Of a DNA stretch of 50,152 nucleotides, positions 10,332 to 17,828 are shown in pieces. A program made the translations under genes and the position numbers. The notes under the pieces are model-generated. The model worked only from the letters and a program-made list of their open reading frames with translations, did not search any database and was not told the DNA's origin. Positions within the stretch are counted from its first letter, which is position 1, and each line of letters starts with the position of its first letter. The stretch spans positions 1 to 50,152 of the IMG/VR virus record IMGVR_UViG_3300018031_000009. One strand, given 5' to 3'. The DNA comes from a virus. Its lineage: Duplodnaviria; Caudoviricetes.

Positions 10332-10621
10332 TCGATGCCAGGCGCGAGGAACAGACACGTCGCCGGGAAGTCGCCTGCCTCGGCGCATACGCAGCTCACC
10401 TCGCTGCACGGCTCCGTGACCTCCCGCTCGATCAGCAGGCCGAGCTCAAGCGCCTTGCTCTGGACCGAGCCGCCGTCGATGTCGCCAGCGTATCCGTCGC
10501 CGCGCGCCTCTTTGAGGCACCACGCGCCAAACTCAGCAAGCGCCGCCTCGGTGCCCTCGGTCTCAACGAGCTTCTTCGCGGTTATAGGAGCGTCGGGCGG
10601 ACCAGGTAGGCTTGAATCCAT
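10328..10621 (-). CDS. Hypothetical protein with Cys cluster
   Basis: Stop is coupled to the xis start; EPCSEVSCVCAE motif. Confidence 0.55.
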   Translation of the reverse strand: MDSSLPGPPDAPITAKKLVETEGTEAALAEFGAWCLKEARGDGYAGDIDGGSVQSKALELGLLIEREVTEPCSEVSCVCAEAGDFPATCLFLAPGIE

Positions 10622-10860
10622 AACTGCACCTCATGTGCGACTGCGATGTAGGCGGCTGACGGCCGCAGATCGTTCTCCTGGCCCGGCCTGTAGGCTGCCC
10701 AGATCCTGTTTCGTAGCGCGCGTGGAAGCGTGAACCAATGCTTCAAGCAGCCCCACATCGCTGGCGGCACACGGGCCTCGCAGCCCGGCCAGTGGCACCC
10801 GTGTCCGCGCGATTGCCGTGCGGCCTTGACGTGCGCGACCTTGTCGCCGATCGAGGTCAT
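10582..10860 (-). CDS. Cys/His-rich putative Zn-binding phage protein
   Basis: CHWPGC...GCLKHW motif; TAATG coupling with the upstream gene. Confidence 0.7.
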   Translation of the reverse strand: MTSIGDKVAHVKAARQSRGHGCHWPGCEARVPPAMWGCLKHWFTLPRALRNRIWAAYRPGQENDLRPSAAYIAVAHEVQLWIQAYLVRPTLL

Positions 10861-11243
10861 TACGCTCGTCCGCTCCGTCTGTTGGAAGTCCCCCGGTCGG
10901 GGTGTTCGGTGAATCGCTCGAGGTGCCCGTCCAGTACGGGGCCTGGGGCGGCTTGCTGTTCGGTCGCGTGGTCTGTGACGACGCCGCGCTCGAGGTGGTA
11001 GGTCCTCACCACGACGCCGCCGGCCCGGCGCTCATCCGGGAGCTCCAGGTGGGCGCGCACCTTGGCGGCGAGCCGCATCATGGCGTCCGCGAGGTTCTTC
11101 TCCCGCGACCGCTCGCGCTGTCCGACGCAGCGGAGCCCCGTTGGCTTGTGGAGGAGGCGGCAACAGTTCTGGTGCTTGTTGCGGTACTGCCCGCCAGCCC
11201 CCGAGCCGCTGAACCAGGAGACCTCGACGTCATCGGGATTCAT
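10860..11243 (-). CDS. Stand-alone RF-1 (GGQ) peptidyl-tRNA hydrolase domain protein
   Basis: GSGAGGQYRNK, LLHKPTGL, RERSREKN and RTYH...VTDH...VLDGHL match class I release factor domain 3 plus the C-terminal segment. ATGA coupling at 11240-11243. Confidence 0.88.
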   Translation of the reverse strand: MNPDDVEVSWFSGSGAGGQYRNKHQNCCRLLHKPTGLRCVGQRERSREKNLADAMMRLAAKVRAHLELPDERRAGGVVVRTYHLERGVVTDHATEQQAAPGPVLDGHLERFTEHPDRGTSNRRSGRA

Positions 11244-11473
11244 GCGATCCAGTGGGGGTGGATCCACCGACGTTTATCGGTGTCGATGTTGCGGACGTAG
11301 ACACGTCCGCCGTACCCGTGCCGGATCACCGCGCCGGTGTGAAGGTGGCTGCCGAGCTCCCAGCTTATGCCGTCACCGACCGGGTAGAGGCGGCGCACCA
11401 GCGTCGAGAGCATGTCCTCGGCCGCGGAGACCGCGGCGAGTGCGCGGCGGACCGCGTCGGCCCGCGTCTCCAT
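11240..11473 (-). CDS. Hypothetical protein
   Basis: Start and stop overlap neighbours at both ends. Confidence 0.65.
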   Translation of the reverse strand: METRADAVRRALAAVSAAEDMLSTLVRRLYPVGDGISWELGSHLHTGAVIRHGYGGRVYVRNIDTDKRRWIHPHWIA

Positions 11474-11565
11474 CACTCCCCCGCGACCGCGTCGAGCGCG
11501 GCCTCGATCAACATACCGAAGCCGATCACCACGTCGTAGTAAACGGCCATAATCTTGTAGCGCAT
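11473..11565 (-). CDS. 30-aa peptide MRYKIMAVYYDVVIGFGMLIEAALDAVAGE
   Basis: TGATG overlaps at both ends. Confidence 0.5.
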   Translation of the reverse strand: MRYKIMAVYYDVVIGFGMLIEAALDAVAGE

Positions 11566-12212
11566 CACCGCGGCCTCGGGCCGGCGCGGTGCGCCTTGTT
11601 CGGCACGATCCTCCAGCCGTTTCGGTAGGCGGCCCAGACGGCGAAGTCGAGCTGCGCCGGAGTCATGCCCATCGTGTCAGCGATGTTCACGAAGATTTCC
11701 TCGAGCCGGACGTAGTTCTCACCGGCCGGCGGCGTGGTCTTGGGAATGGTGCGGAAACCCTGGTCCTTGAGAAATTTGAGGACGTGCGTGTCGAGCGCCG
11801 CGACCTTCGCCTCCGGGTTCACGAGCATGTAGAACCAGCGCGCGGTCTTCGGGCCGACGCCGGGGATTCCCTCCAGGAACTCCAGCGACCACGGGCGCGG
11901 GTCATCGCCGCCGGTGCGCCAGCCGGCGATGTACTCGAAAGCGCGCTGGATGCGGGTGTACTGGCCGGTGCGCGCCTCGCGCAGACAGACCCCCATGACG
12001 GCGCGGCATCTGAAGTCCTTGACGACGTCGAACGGCAAGCTGTTCACGCTCCAGTGGTATTTACTGAGGAACTCATTGAGCTTCCGCGCCGTGATCTCGG
12101 CCGGCTTGTTGGCGACCATGATGGCGAACAGCAACCACCACTGCGCGTTGTATACGGACTCCCCGGCGTCGCCGATGGCGTTCGCGGTGATCTTGTCGCC
12201 TGGCTCGACCAT
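11565..12212 (-). CDS. HhH-family DNA glycosylase/AP lyase (Ogg2-like)
   Basis: HhH motif LEGIPGVGPKTA with Lys; VAALDTHVL with Asp; IPKTTP...YVRLEE...AQLDFAVW resembles archaeal-type Ogg2. TGATG start at 12212. Confidence 0.8.
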   Translation of the reverse strand: MVEPGDKITANAIGDAGESVYNAQWWLLFAIMVANKPAEITARKLNEFLSKYHWSVNSLPFDVVKDFRCRAVMGVCLREARTGQYTRIQRAFEYIAGWRTGGDDPRPWSLEFLEGIPGVGPKTARWFYMLVNPEAKVAALDTHVLKFLKDQGFRTIPKTTPPAGENYVRLEEIFVNIADTMGMTPAQLDFAVWAAYRNGWRIVPNKAHRAGPRPR

Positions 12213-12418
12213 CAAAAGGACCCTCCTGGCTTCTTCACCCATCCCAGCATGCCCAACCTGGCCTCGAGGGCAGCCTGGTCGAGCGGGTTGTTGGCGTCCT
12301 CGTGCCCGAGGTAGAGGAACACCATCCGCGTCGTCTTGCTCGGCGAGCGAAAGGTGAAGGTGGTGGTGCCACTGACGACCGAGCACGTCCTCATCGAGGC
12401 GACTTCTCCGACTTTCAT
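12212..12418 (-). CDS. Hypothetical protein
   Basis: Coupled at both ends (ATGA/TGATG). Confidence 0.6.
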   Translation of the reverse strand: MKVGEVASMRTCSVVSGTTTFTFRSPSKTTRMVFLYLGHEDANNPLDQAALEARLGMLGWVKKPGGSF

Positions 12419-12657
12419 GTCTTCCTCCGTCGAGCCCGCATCCGCTGCGCGCCCGAGCTCCATGTGTCCGGTACGACCTCCTGGTGATTCTCTCCGGTCC
12501 TCGCTTCGGCGCGCACCGTCTTGCCTTCCAGGCGGATGCCGCGAAGGCGTGCGTCCTTGACGTAGGCCGCGATGCACTCCTCGATCGGCCGGTCGGTGCT
12601 GAACGTCCTGGTGTGGGCGCCATCCACGAAGAACGACACGTCGCGTGCATCTTTCAT
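12415..12657 (-). CDS. Hypothetical protein
   Basis: Coupled at both ends. Confidence 0.6.
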   Translation of the reverse strand: MKDARDVSFFVDGAHTRTFSTDRPIEECIAAYVKDARLRGIRLEGKTVRAEARTGENHQEVVPDTWSSGAQRMRARRRKT

Positions 12658-12902
12658 CAGTAGAGCGCGTCTCGAGTGATCTGCTCGATGAGCTGCTGCG
12701 CCAACTGGCGCGCGCGGGCCAGGCGCTCCTCCGCAACCATCGCGCGGGCCTCGGCGTGCGAGAGATCGCCGCGCAGTTCGCCGATAGCCTGATGAGCTAC
12801 GCGCCATTTATCGTCAAGCTCGGCGAGATCGGCGCGTAACTTCTGGGTCTCGAGCGCAACTCGTCTGTCGAGTTCATCCTCCCAGCCGGGGCTAGCAACC
12901 AT
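12657..12902 (-). CDS. Coiled-coil hypothetical protein
   Basis: Heptad-like LRADLAELDD...RLARARQLAQQL; coupled stop. Confidence 0.65.
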   Translation of the reverse strand: MVASPGWEDELDRRVALETQKLRADLAELDDKWRVAHQAIGELRGDLSHAEARAMVAEERLARARQLAQQLIEQITRDALY

Positions 12903-12903
12903 G

Positions 12904-13167
12904 TCAGTTCAGCTTCGTGGGATCCTGGGGGTTGTTCTCGGCGTCGTGACCGGCGCGAATAGCTGACAGCAGCGCCGACCCCTGCTCGCGCACTGTCTGG
13001 TAGGCGTGACCAAGGCACCCGAGGACCTGATAGCCGCCCGACCCGTCCTCGTTCCGCCACATCACCACGATGGCGTGCGATTGCTTGAGGAGCACGATCA
13101 GCTCGTCGATCGCCTTTTGTTCCTCTGTGGAGCCAGGCTCGAGCTGGACGTAGCTGCCTGTGTTCAT
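12904..13167 (-). CDS. Hypothetical protein
   Basis: ATGA coupling with the upstream gene. Confidence 0.6.
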   Translation of the reverse strand: MNTGSYVQLEPGSTEEQKAIDELIVLLKQSHAIVVMWRNEDGSGGYQVLGCLGHAYQTVREQGSALLSAIRAGHDAENNPQDPTKLN

Positions 13168-13346
13168 GCGCACTTCTCCCGGTAGAGGCGCTCCAGAAAA
13201 TCGGCCTGCCGGCCGGTGAGGACGGTGGTGTCAGCCTTGAGGGGGGTCATCTTTCGCACGAAGGCGCTCTGGTAGTCGTCCAGCTCGTCCTGGTCCACGC
13301 GCTCGAGCGCCTCGATCATTTCGGCGATGGAGACGGAGCGGGGCAT
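13164..13346 (-). CDS. Hypothetical protein
   Basis: YQSAFV...LTGRQADFLERLY motif; fits operon packing. Confidence 0.65.
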   Translation of the reverse strand: MPRSVSIAEMIEALERVDQDELDDYQSAFVRKMTPLKADTTVLTGRQADFLERLYREKCA

Positions 13347-13352
13347 TACGGT

Positions 13353-13499
13353 CTACGCCCCGCGGCGAACGGCGCGCTTCGCGCCGAGGGCGTTTGCGAT
13401 CCTTCGCCGCTGCGACAGCTTTGTGCGCGCGGTGCGCAGGCCCTTCCGCGCCTGGCGGCCACCGAGCTTCCGGCGTTCGGCCCTGGCGTTCACGTTCAC
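13353..13499 (-). CDS. 48-aa highly basic Arg/Lys-rich peptide
   Basis: MNVNARAERRKLGGRQARKGLRTARTKLSQRRRIANALGAKRAVRRGA; GTGA coupling. Confidence 0.55.
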   Translation of the reverse strand: MNVNARAERRKLGGRQARKGLRTARTKLSQRRRIANALGAKRAVRRGA

Positions 13500-13747
13500 T
13501 CCCCCGAGGAGAGCCGCAGCATCGTGAGGCGGTCCAAATATTTCTGCCACATCTCCATCTGGTAGGCGCACGCACGCGCCTCCGCGATTTTCGTGTGGTC
13601 GGTCTTGCCGGCGGCCTCGCGGATGTCGGCCCAGATCCGCACGAGCGTAGGCGCGAGGCGGTCGCGTCCGAGGAGGACGAACATCGGCTCGTCCGGGTGC
13701 GCGTTCGCGTAGCAGTCGAACGCGCCGGGGTTTGCTTTCGTGCCCAT
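13496..13747 (-). CDS. Phage hypothetical protein (DEPMFVLLGRD-type)
   Basis: AGGAG RBS; DEPMFVLLGRD...AP.LV.IWA motif. Confidence 0.75.
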   Translation of the reverse strand: MGTKANPGAFDCYANAHPDEPMFVLLGRDRLAPTLVRIWADIREAAGKTDHTKIAEARACAYQMEMWQKYLDRLTMLRLSSGE

Positions 13748-13769
13748 TTGTCTACTCCTAGTGAACAAA

Positions 13770-14216
13770 TCAGAACGGGATGTCGTCGTCCATATCGCCG
13801 AGCATGCCGCCGGTGGCGGGCTTCGGTGCGGGCTTCGGTGCCGCAGGCTGAACGCGCGGCGCTGGTTGTTCGTCGCCGGACTGCCGGCCGCCAAGGAGGA
13901 CCATGTTCGCGACGATCACCTCGACCGTGTAGCGGTCGACGCCGTTCTTGTCCTGCCACTTCCGGGTGCGGAGTTTGCCCTCGACGCAGACCGCGGCGCC
14001 CTTCTTGAGGTACTCGGCCGCGACCTCGGCGATCCGGCCGTAGAACACGAGCCGATGCCACTCGGTATGCTCCTTGTCCTCGCCGCTGGCCTTGTCCTTC
14101 CACTTCTCGGTCGTGGCAATGTTGACGTTGGTGACAGCGTCGCCGCTCGGCATGTACTTCGTCTCCGGGTCCTTCCCGCAGTTGCCGATCAGAATGACTT
14201 TGTTCAGGGAGGCCAT
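13770..14216 (-). CDS. ssb: Single-stranded DNA-binding protein
   Basis: [27 protein letters not shown] and C-terminal DDDIPF. Confidence 0.97.
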   Translation of the reverse strand: MASLNKVILIGNCGKDPETKYMPSGDAVTNVNIATTEKWKDKASGEDKEHTEWHRLVFYGRIAEVAAEYLKKGAAVCVEGKLRTRKWQDKNGVDRYTVEVIVANMVLLGGRQSGDEQPAPRVQPAAPKPAPKPATGGMLGDMDDDIPF

Positions 14217-14228
14217 AGTAGTCCTTGA

Positions 14229-14432
14229 CTAGATTGAGACAAATTGGTAGTGGACGTGCTCCTCGTAGGCGAGGGCTCGTGTGATCTCGTGCGCGCGCAC
14301 CGCCGATAGCGGGCCGCCGCGCTCGACGTCTTGGGCAAGGGCATGCTGCCCGAGGTCGTGCAGCGCCTCGCGGATCTCTAAGGTCGCGAGACGCCCGGTA
14401 CGGCCCTTCGCGTGGGCAATGCGGCGGTTCAT
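14229..14432 (-). CDS. Hypothetical protein
   Basis: Fits operon packing; ATG start. Confidence 0.55.
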   Translation of the reverse strand: MNRRIAHAKGRTGRLATLEIREALHDLGQHALAQDVERGGPLSAVRAHEITRALAYEEHVHYQFVSI

Positions 14433-14434
14433 GC

Positions 14435-14498
14435 CGTGACCCCCAGCTCCGCGAGCTCCATCAGAACGTGACCCCCAGCTCCGCGAGCTCCATCAGAA
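14435..14498. repeat. Perfect 32-bp tandem duplication
   Basis: CGTGACCCCCAGCTCCGCGAGCTCCATCAGAA at 14435-14466 and 14467-14498. Confidence 0.95.
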
Positions 14499-14688
14499 TG
14501 CCGGCGCGGCGACGCGCCAGCTCGCCCAGGATGGGGCCGCGAGCCAGATCGCGGAGCTCCTCGTCAGCCGAGGAGCAACCGATTCTCACATCGAAGCCGC
14601 GCCCCTCGTGCATTGCGTCGATCGTGGCCGCGAGGCCCACGAGCTTCGCGTGGAGCGACAGGACGCGATCCAGGTTGGCGAACTTCAT
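14461..14688 (-). CDS. Hypothetical protein
   Basis: ATGA coupling with the upstream gene. Confidence 0.65.
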   Translation of the reverse strand: MKFANLDRVLSLHAKLVGLAATIDAMHEGRGFDVRIGCSSADEELRDLARGPILGELARRRAGILMELAELGVTF

Positions 14689-15065
14689 TTCGTCTTCTCC
14701 AGCGGAGCGGCGTGCATGGCCGGCGGGATGTACCAGGCTTGCTCGAACACCAGGCGCCGCATGTCTTCGAGGTGCGCCTTGATGGCGTTGATCGTCGGCG
14801 CCGCGTCCGGTTGCCCGGTCGGGCGCATGCCGGCCCCACAGAGGGCGTCGAGGAGCGTCTGGGCCACGCGCCTCTCGAGCGTCATGGTCGGCTGCGCCAT
14901 GTCGTCGCTCGCCGGCAGCGGCTCGAACACCGCTGGTGCGTAGCAGATCCGAAGGTCGCTGACCGGGTCACGCCGCGCGAATAGGATGTTCACCTCGCGC
15001 TCGAAATTCCTGATCTCGGCATACACCTCGATCGTGCCCTCGCTGTTGAGGCGCTGGAGCTTCAT
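14685..15065 (-). CDS. Hypothetical protein
   Basis: AQTLLDAL..AGMRP...HLEDMRRLVF motif; coupled at both ends. Confidence 0.7.
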   Translation of the reverse strand: MKLQRLNSEGTIEVYAEIRNFEREVNILFARRDPVSDLRICYAPAVFEPLPASDDMAQPTMTLERRVAQTLLDALCGAGMRPTGQPDAAPTINAIKAHLEDMRRLVFEQAWYIPPAMHAAPLEKTK

Positions 15066-15319
15066 TTCTTGCCCCCGTCCTTCTTTTCCTCTTCCGGCTG
15101 GTGAACGCCATTGAAGGCGTTGCGGATGTTCGCCGCGAAGTACCCGCCGATCGACTCTGCGCCGCAGCATGCGTCGTACTCCTTCTGGGAGACGCCGTCG
15201 TAGTGGTACAGGCGGCCGAGCTTGCCGTCCTTGCCCTTGAACCGGATCGCGAGGGTCTTCGTGCGCGGCTCGTAGCCGACCTCGGCGATGTTGCTGCTCT
15301 TGACTGGCTTCATGTCCAT
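15062..15319 (-). CDS. KTSC domain protein
   Basis: VKSSNIAEVGYE...LAIRFK...YHYDGV...SIGGYFAANIR; AGGAG RBS. Confidence 0.9.
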   Translation of the reverse strand: MDMKPVKSSNIAEVGYEPRTKTLAIRFKGKDGKLGRLYHYDGVSQKEYDACCGAESIGGYFAANIRNAFNGVHQPEEEKKDGGKK

Positions 15320-15329
15320 GATGGTTCTC

Positions 15330-15467
15330 CTAGATCAAAACGATGGTGACGGAAATCGCCGCCGCGAGAGCCAGGCAAAAGCCGAGGCCGGTGACGCTAC
15401 GGGATATGGCACAGGCGACTGGAAACGCCCACACGCCAGCGATGGCGATACCGAGTCCGAGGCTCAC
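15330..15467 (-). CDS. Small membrane protein with two hydrophobic segments
   Basis: MSLGLGIAIAGVWAFPVACAISRSVTGLGFCLALAAAISVTIVLI; GTGA coupling. Confidence 0.55.
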   Translation of the reverse strand: MSLGLGIAIAGVWAFPVACAISRSVTGLGFCLALAAAISVTIVLI

Positions 15468-16405
15468 TTGGACCTCGCGCGCGCTGCGACGGGATCGTTT
15501 ACGGCCACGAAGCCGGGGACGTTGAAAGCGGACTTCTGGGCGCCCGCGGTCTTGTTCAGCGCCGACTCGTCGAGCGAGAGGTAGGCGACCAGCTCTGGCC
15601 GGCTCTGAAGCTCGCGGGCGATCAAGCGAATCGCCTGGGCCGCGCCGATGCCGGTCTGAAATTGCGCTACCCACCGCTCGCGGGTGGTGAAGCCGGCGAC
15701 CTTCGTCGCCACGGTGGGCATGACGACGGTCGCGGCGCCGGCCTCGAGGACGGCATCCTGGGCGGCAGCCTCTCCGGCTGCCACAGCGTTCTCGGCGCGC
15801 TGCGTGGCGGAGGCGGCCTGGGCGGCGAGCCGGGCGACCTCAGACTTCTTCCCGGCCGCCTGTGCGACCTCCATGGCGGCCTGGGCGGCGGCGGCCTTCG
15901 CCAGCTCGGCCTTGCTTCTCTCCTCGGCGGCGGCCCGTAGGGCGGCGGCCTGGGCCTCGGCCTCGGCGCGGGCCTTGCGCTCGTTCTCCTCGTTCTGGCG
16001 CCGCACCAGCGCCGCGCGGTCCTCGAGCAGCTTCGTCCAGCCCTTGAGCCCGTCCTTGAGGAAGAGCTCGGCCCGGTCCAAGTGCTCCAGCGCCGGCTTG
16101 AACATGCCGCGGGCGTTCTCGATGATGAGCCGCGCCGGGGCTGTGATCGACCCTCGCATGTCCTCGATGCGAGTCCGTAGGGCGGCGATCGTCCGCAGCT
16201 CGGCGGCGGCTGACTCCGCGATCTCCTGGGAGTCGAACTCGTACGCCTGGGCGACCGCAAGAGTGCTGATGCCGGCGCGGATCAGCCCGAGAGCGTCCGG
16301 GCCTACGACCACGCGCGCGACGAGCGCGGTGGACTCGCTGTCGGGCTTCGCGGGATCCACAGTCAGGATCCGCTCGCGTTTGTCGTCGTCCGGTCCGAGT
16401 GGCAT
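15464..16405 (-). CDS. Coiled-coil protein of the recombination module
   Basis: IE..R..ITAP...FKP...L..AE..LK motif plus an Ala-rich helix; TGATG coupling. Confidence 0.75.
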   Translation of the reverse strand: MPLGPDDDKRERILTVDPAKPDSESTALVARVVVGPDALGLIRAGISTLAVAQAYEFDSQEIAESAAAELRTIAALRTRIEDMRGSITAPARLIIENARGMFKPALEHLDRAELFLKDGLKGWTKLLEDRAALVRRQNEENERKARAEAEAQAAALRAAAEERSKAELAKAAAAQAAMEVAQAAGKKSEVARLAAQAASATQRAENAVAAGEAAAQDAVLEAGAATVVMPTVATKVAGFTTRERWVAQFQTGIGAAQAIRLIARELQSRPELVAYLSLDESALNKTAGAQKSAFNVPGFVAVNDPVAARARSK

Positions 16406-16593
16406 CACTTGATCTCCAGCGCGTCTGCGTCCTGTGTCAGCGGCCGGACCTGTCCGGCGAACCAGATGCCGGTGCGCTTGGCCTCGAAGACCGTCTTGTC
16501 GCCGGTCGGCGTGACGGTCGTGGTGCGGTAGGACTCCCCGGTCGCGCAGCCGGCGAGGGCGAGGAGAGCGATCAGGATTGCGGCGGTTCTCAT
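16405..16593 (-). CDS. Small lipoprotein
   Basis: MRTAAILIALLALAG-C lipobox; coupled at both ends. Confidence 0.7.
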   Translation of the reverse strand: MRTAAILIALLALAGCATGESYRTTTVTPTGDKTVFEAKRTGIWFAGQVRPLTQDADALEIK

Positions 16594-16886
16594 GCGAGGC
16601 TCCTGGGGTTGAGAATTGCGAGCATCACTTCGCGCGCGCGGCTGTTGACGTCGGTGTCGGCAGCATAGATGAATTGCCCGATAACATTGGGCGCGAGCCC
16701 AAGGCGATGGCCGGCCCGCGCGGCATCGAGCTTGAGGTTGTCGACTCCAGCGTCGTAAATCTCGTTGTAAAGCGCGCACAACGGGCACTCGCCGCGCGAG
16801 TTGCGGATGCGGTTGAGGAGGTTCACATCCCACGGGCCGCGCTCGGCGATGATTGGCAGCAGGTCCAGAACGTCGTAGATCTTCAC
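16590..16886 (-). CDS. Hypothetical protein (CPLC motif)
   Basis: GTGA/ATGA coupling. Confidence 0.65.
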   Translation of the reverse strand: MKIYDVLDLLPIIAERGPWDVNLLNRIRNSRGECPLCALYNEIYDAGVDNLKLDAARAGHRLGLAPNVIGQFIYAADTDVNSRAREVMLAILNPRSLA

Positions 16887-17491
16887 GCGGCAGTCCTCCA
16901 TCGGTGCATGGCGACCGCGGCGAGAAAGACGGTGCGGTCCATCGCTGAAAAGAGCTTGCTGTTCGGGTTGTTGGACGACTCGTACTTGTACGTCCCATTC
17001 GCGTCGAGGCGCAGCGCGCCGCGCTCGTGAACGCGGGTCTCCGGCTCCTCGGACTCGATGAGGTATTCGTAGCCCGCGGTTTGGAGCCCGATGTTGCGGC
17101 CGGCGTAGAAGCTGCGCTTCGCGTCGACCACGGCGAGCCGGTTCGGCGCCTTGCGGAAGAAGCCGTCCAGGTCCGGCATGCCGGCAACGCGGATGCGATC
17201 GGAGTAACGCGCGCGTTCACAGAAGCGCGGGGTGAACCCGGTTTCGGAGCAGAACTTGAGCCAAGCCACGTAGCGCATCTCGAGCCACTCCGGCAGCAAC
17301 GCGAGGTCGAGGCGATTCTCGACGTCGAGCTGGATCATCTGGTGGATCGCGATGCCCTCGTCGCGCGCATGCGCGAGCCGGTCCGGCGGGATCTTCGAGT
17401 AGTCGGTGAGCGGCGCGAGGACCTGAGTGACGCTCGGAACGAGCGCGTCGCACCAGCGGTACTCGTGGCCGACTTCGGTGAAGGTCAGCAC
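16883..17491 (-). CDS. PD-(D/E)XK exonuclease (phage Cas4/RecB-like)
   Basis: HEY...VPSVTQVL, G.AIH, AGMPD, VVDAK, LQTAGY; lies near bet. Confidence 0.85.
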   Translation of the reverse strand: MLTFTEVGHEYRWCDALVPSVTQVLAPLTDYSKIPPDRLAHARDEGIAIHQMIQLDVENRLDLALLPEWLEMRYVAWLKFCSETGFTPRFCERARYSDRIRVAGMPDLDGFFRKAPNRLAVVDAKRSFYAGRNIGLQTAGYEYLIESEEPETRVHERGALRLDANGTYKYESSNNPNSKLFSAMDRTVFLAAVAMHRWRTAA

Positions 17492-17685
17492 GGGGGGGCC
17501 ATCAAAAGCGGCTCGTAGAGCTTGCCGTCGGGGCCGCACGGGCTCCAGGGATCGCGCCGGCGCACGATGTCCGCGCCGCGCGCCGCCCCCGTCACGAGAT
17601 CGCCAGTGTCAGGGTGCCCGCACACCGGCACCAACCCTTCCGGGTCGTACCACTTGCAGTTTCGGCAGTAGCGGGTCTTTTCCAT
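17485..17685 (-). CDS. Small Cys-rich protein
   Basis: CRNCKW...CGHP...CGPDGKLYE; TGATG coupling. Confidence 0.65.
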   Translation of the reverse strand: MEKTRYCRNCKWYDPEGLVPVCGHPDTGDLVTGAARGADIVRRRDPWSPCGPDGKLYEPLLMAPPC

Positions 17686-17828
17686 CACATCCACCCTCCG
17701 ATGCTTCGTGGCCCGCGGCCGCCGCGGCCGTCTTTGTAGCCCTCGTCGTAGTAGTGCTGGTCCTTGCTCGAGCCGGCCATGAGGCCGGCGATGAACACGA
17801 TGACCAATCCGGCGATGTACCAGCCCAT
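17685..17828 (-). CDS. 47-aa single-pass membrane peptide
   Basis: MGWYIAGLVIVFIAGLMAG...YDEGYKDG; TAATG and TGATG overlaps. Confidence 0.6.
   Translation of the reverse strand: MGWYIAGLVIVFIAGLMAGSSKDQHYYDEGYKDGRGGRGPRSIGGWM

Noticed and set aside
10860-11243. Stop-codon reassignment suggested by a release-factor gene
   Set aside because: TAA, TAG and TGA all terminate well-supported genes here, and no suppressor tRNA was seen.
14435-14498. CRISPR-like repeat
   Set aside because: Only two adjacent copies, with no spacer and no cas genes.
16883-17491. Cas4 as part of a CRISPR system
   Set aside because: Context next to bet and ssb indicates a recombination exonuclease.
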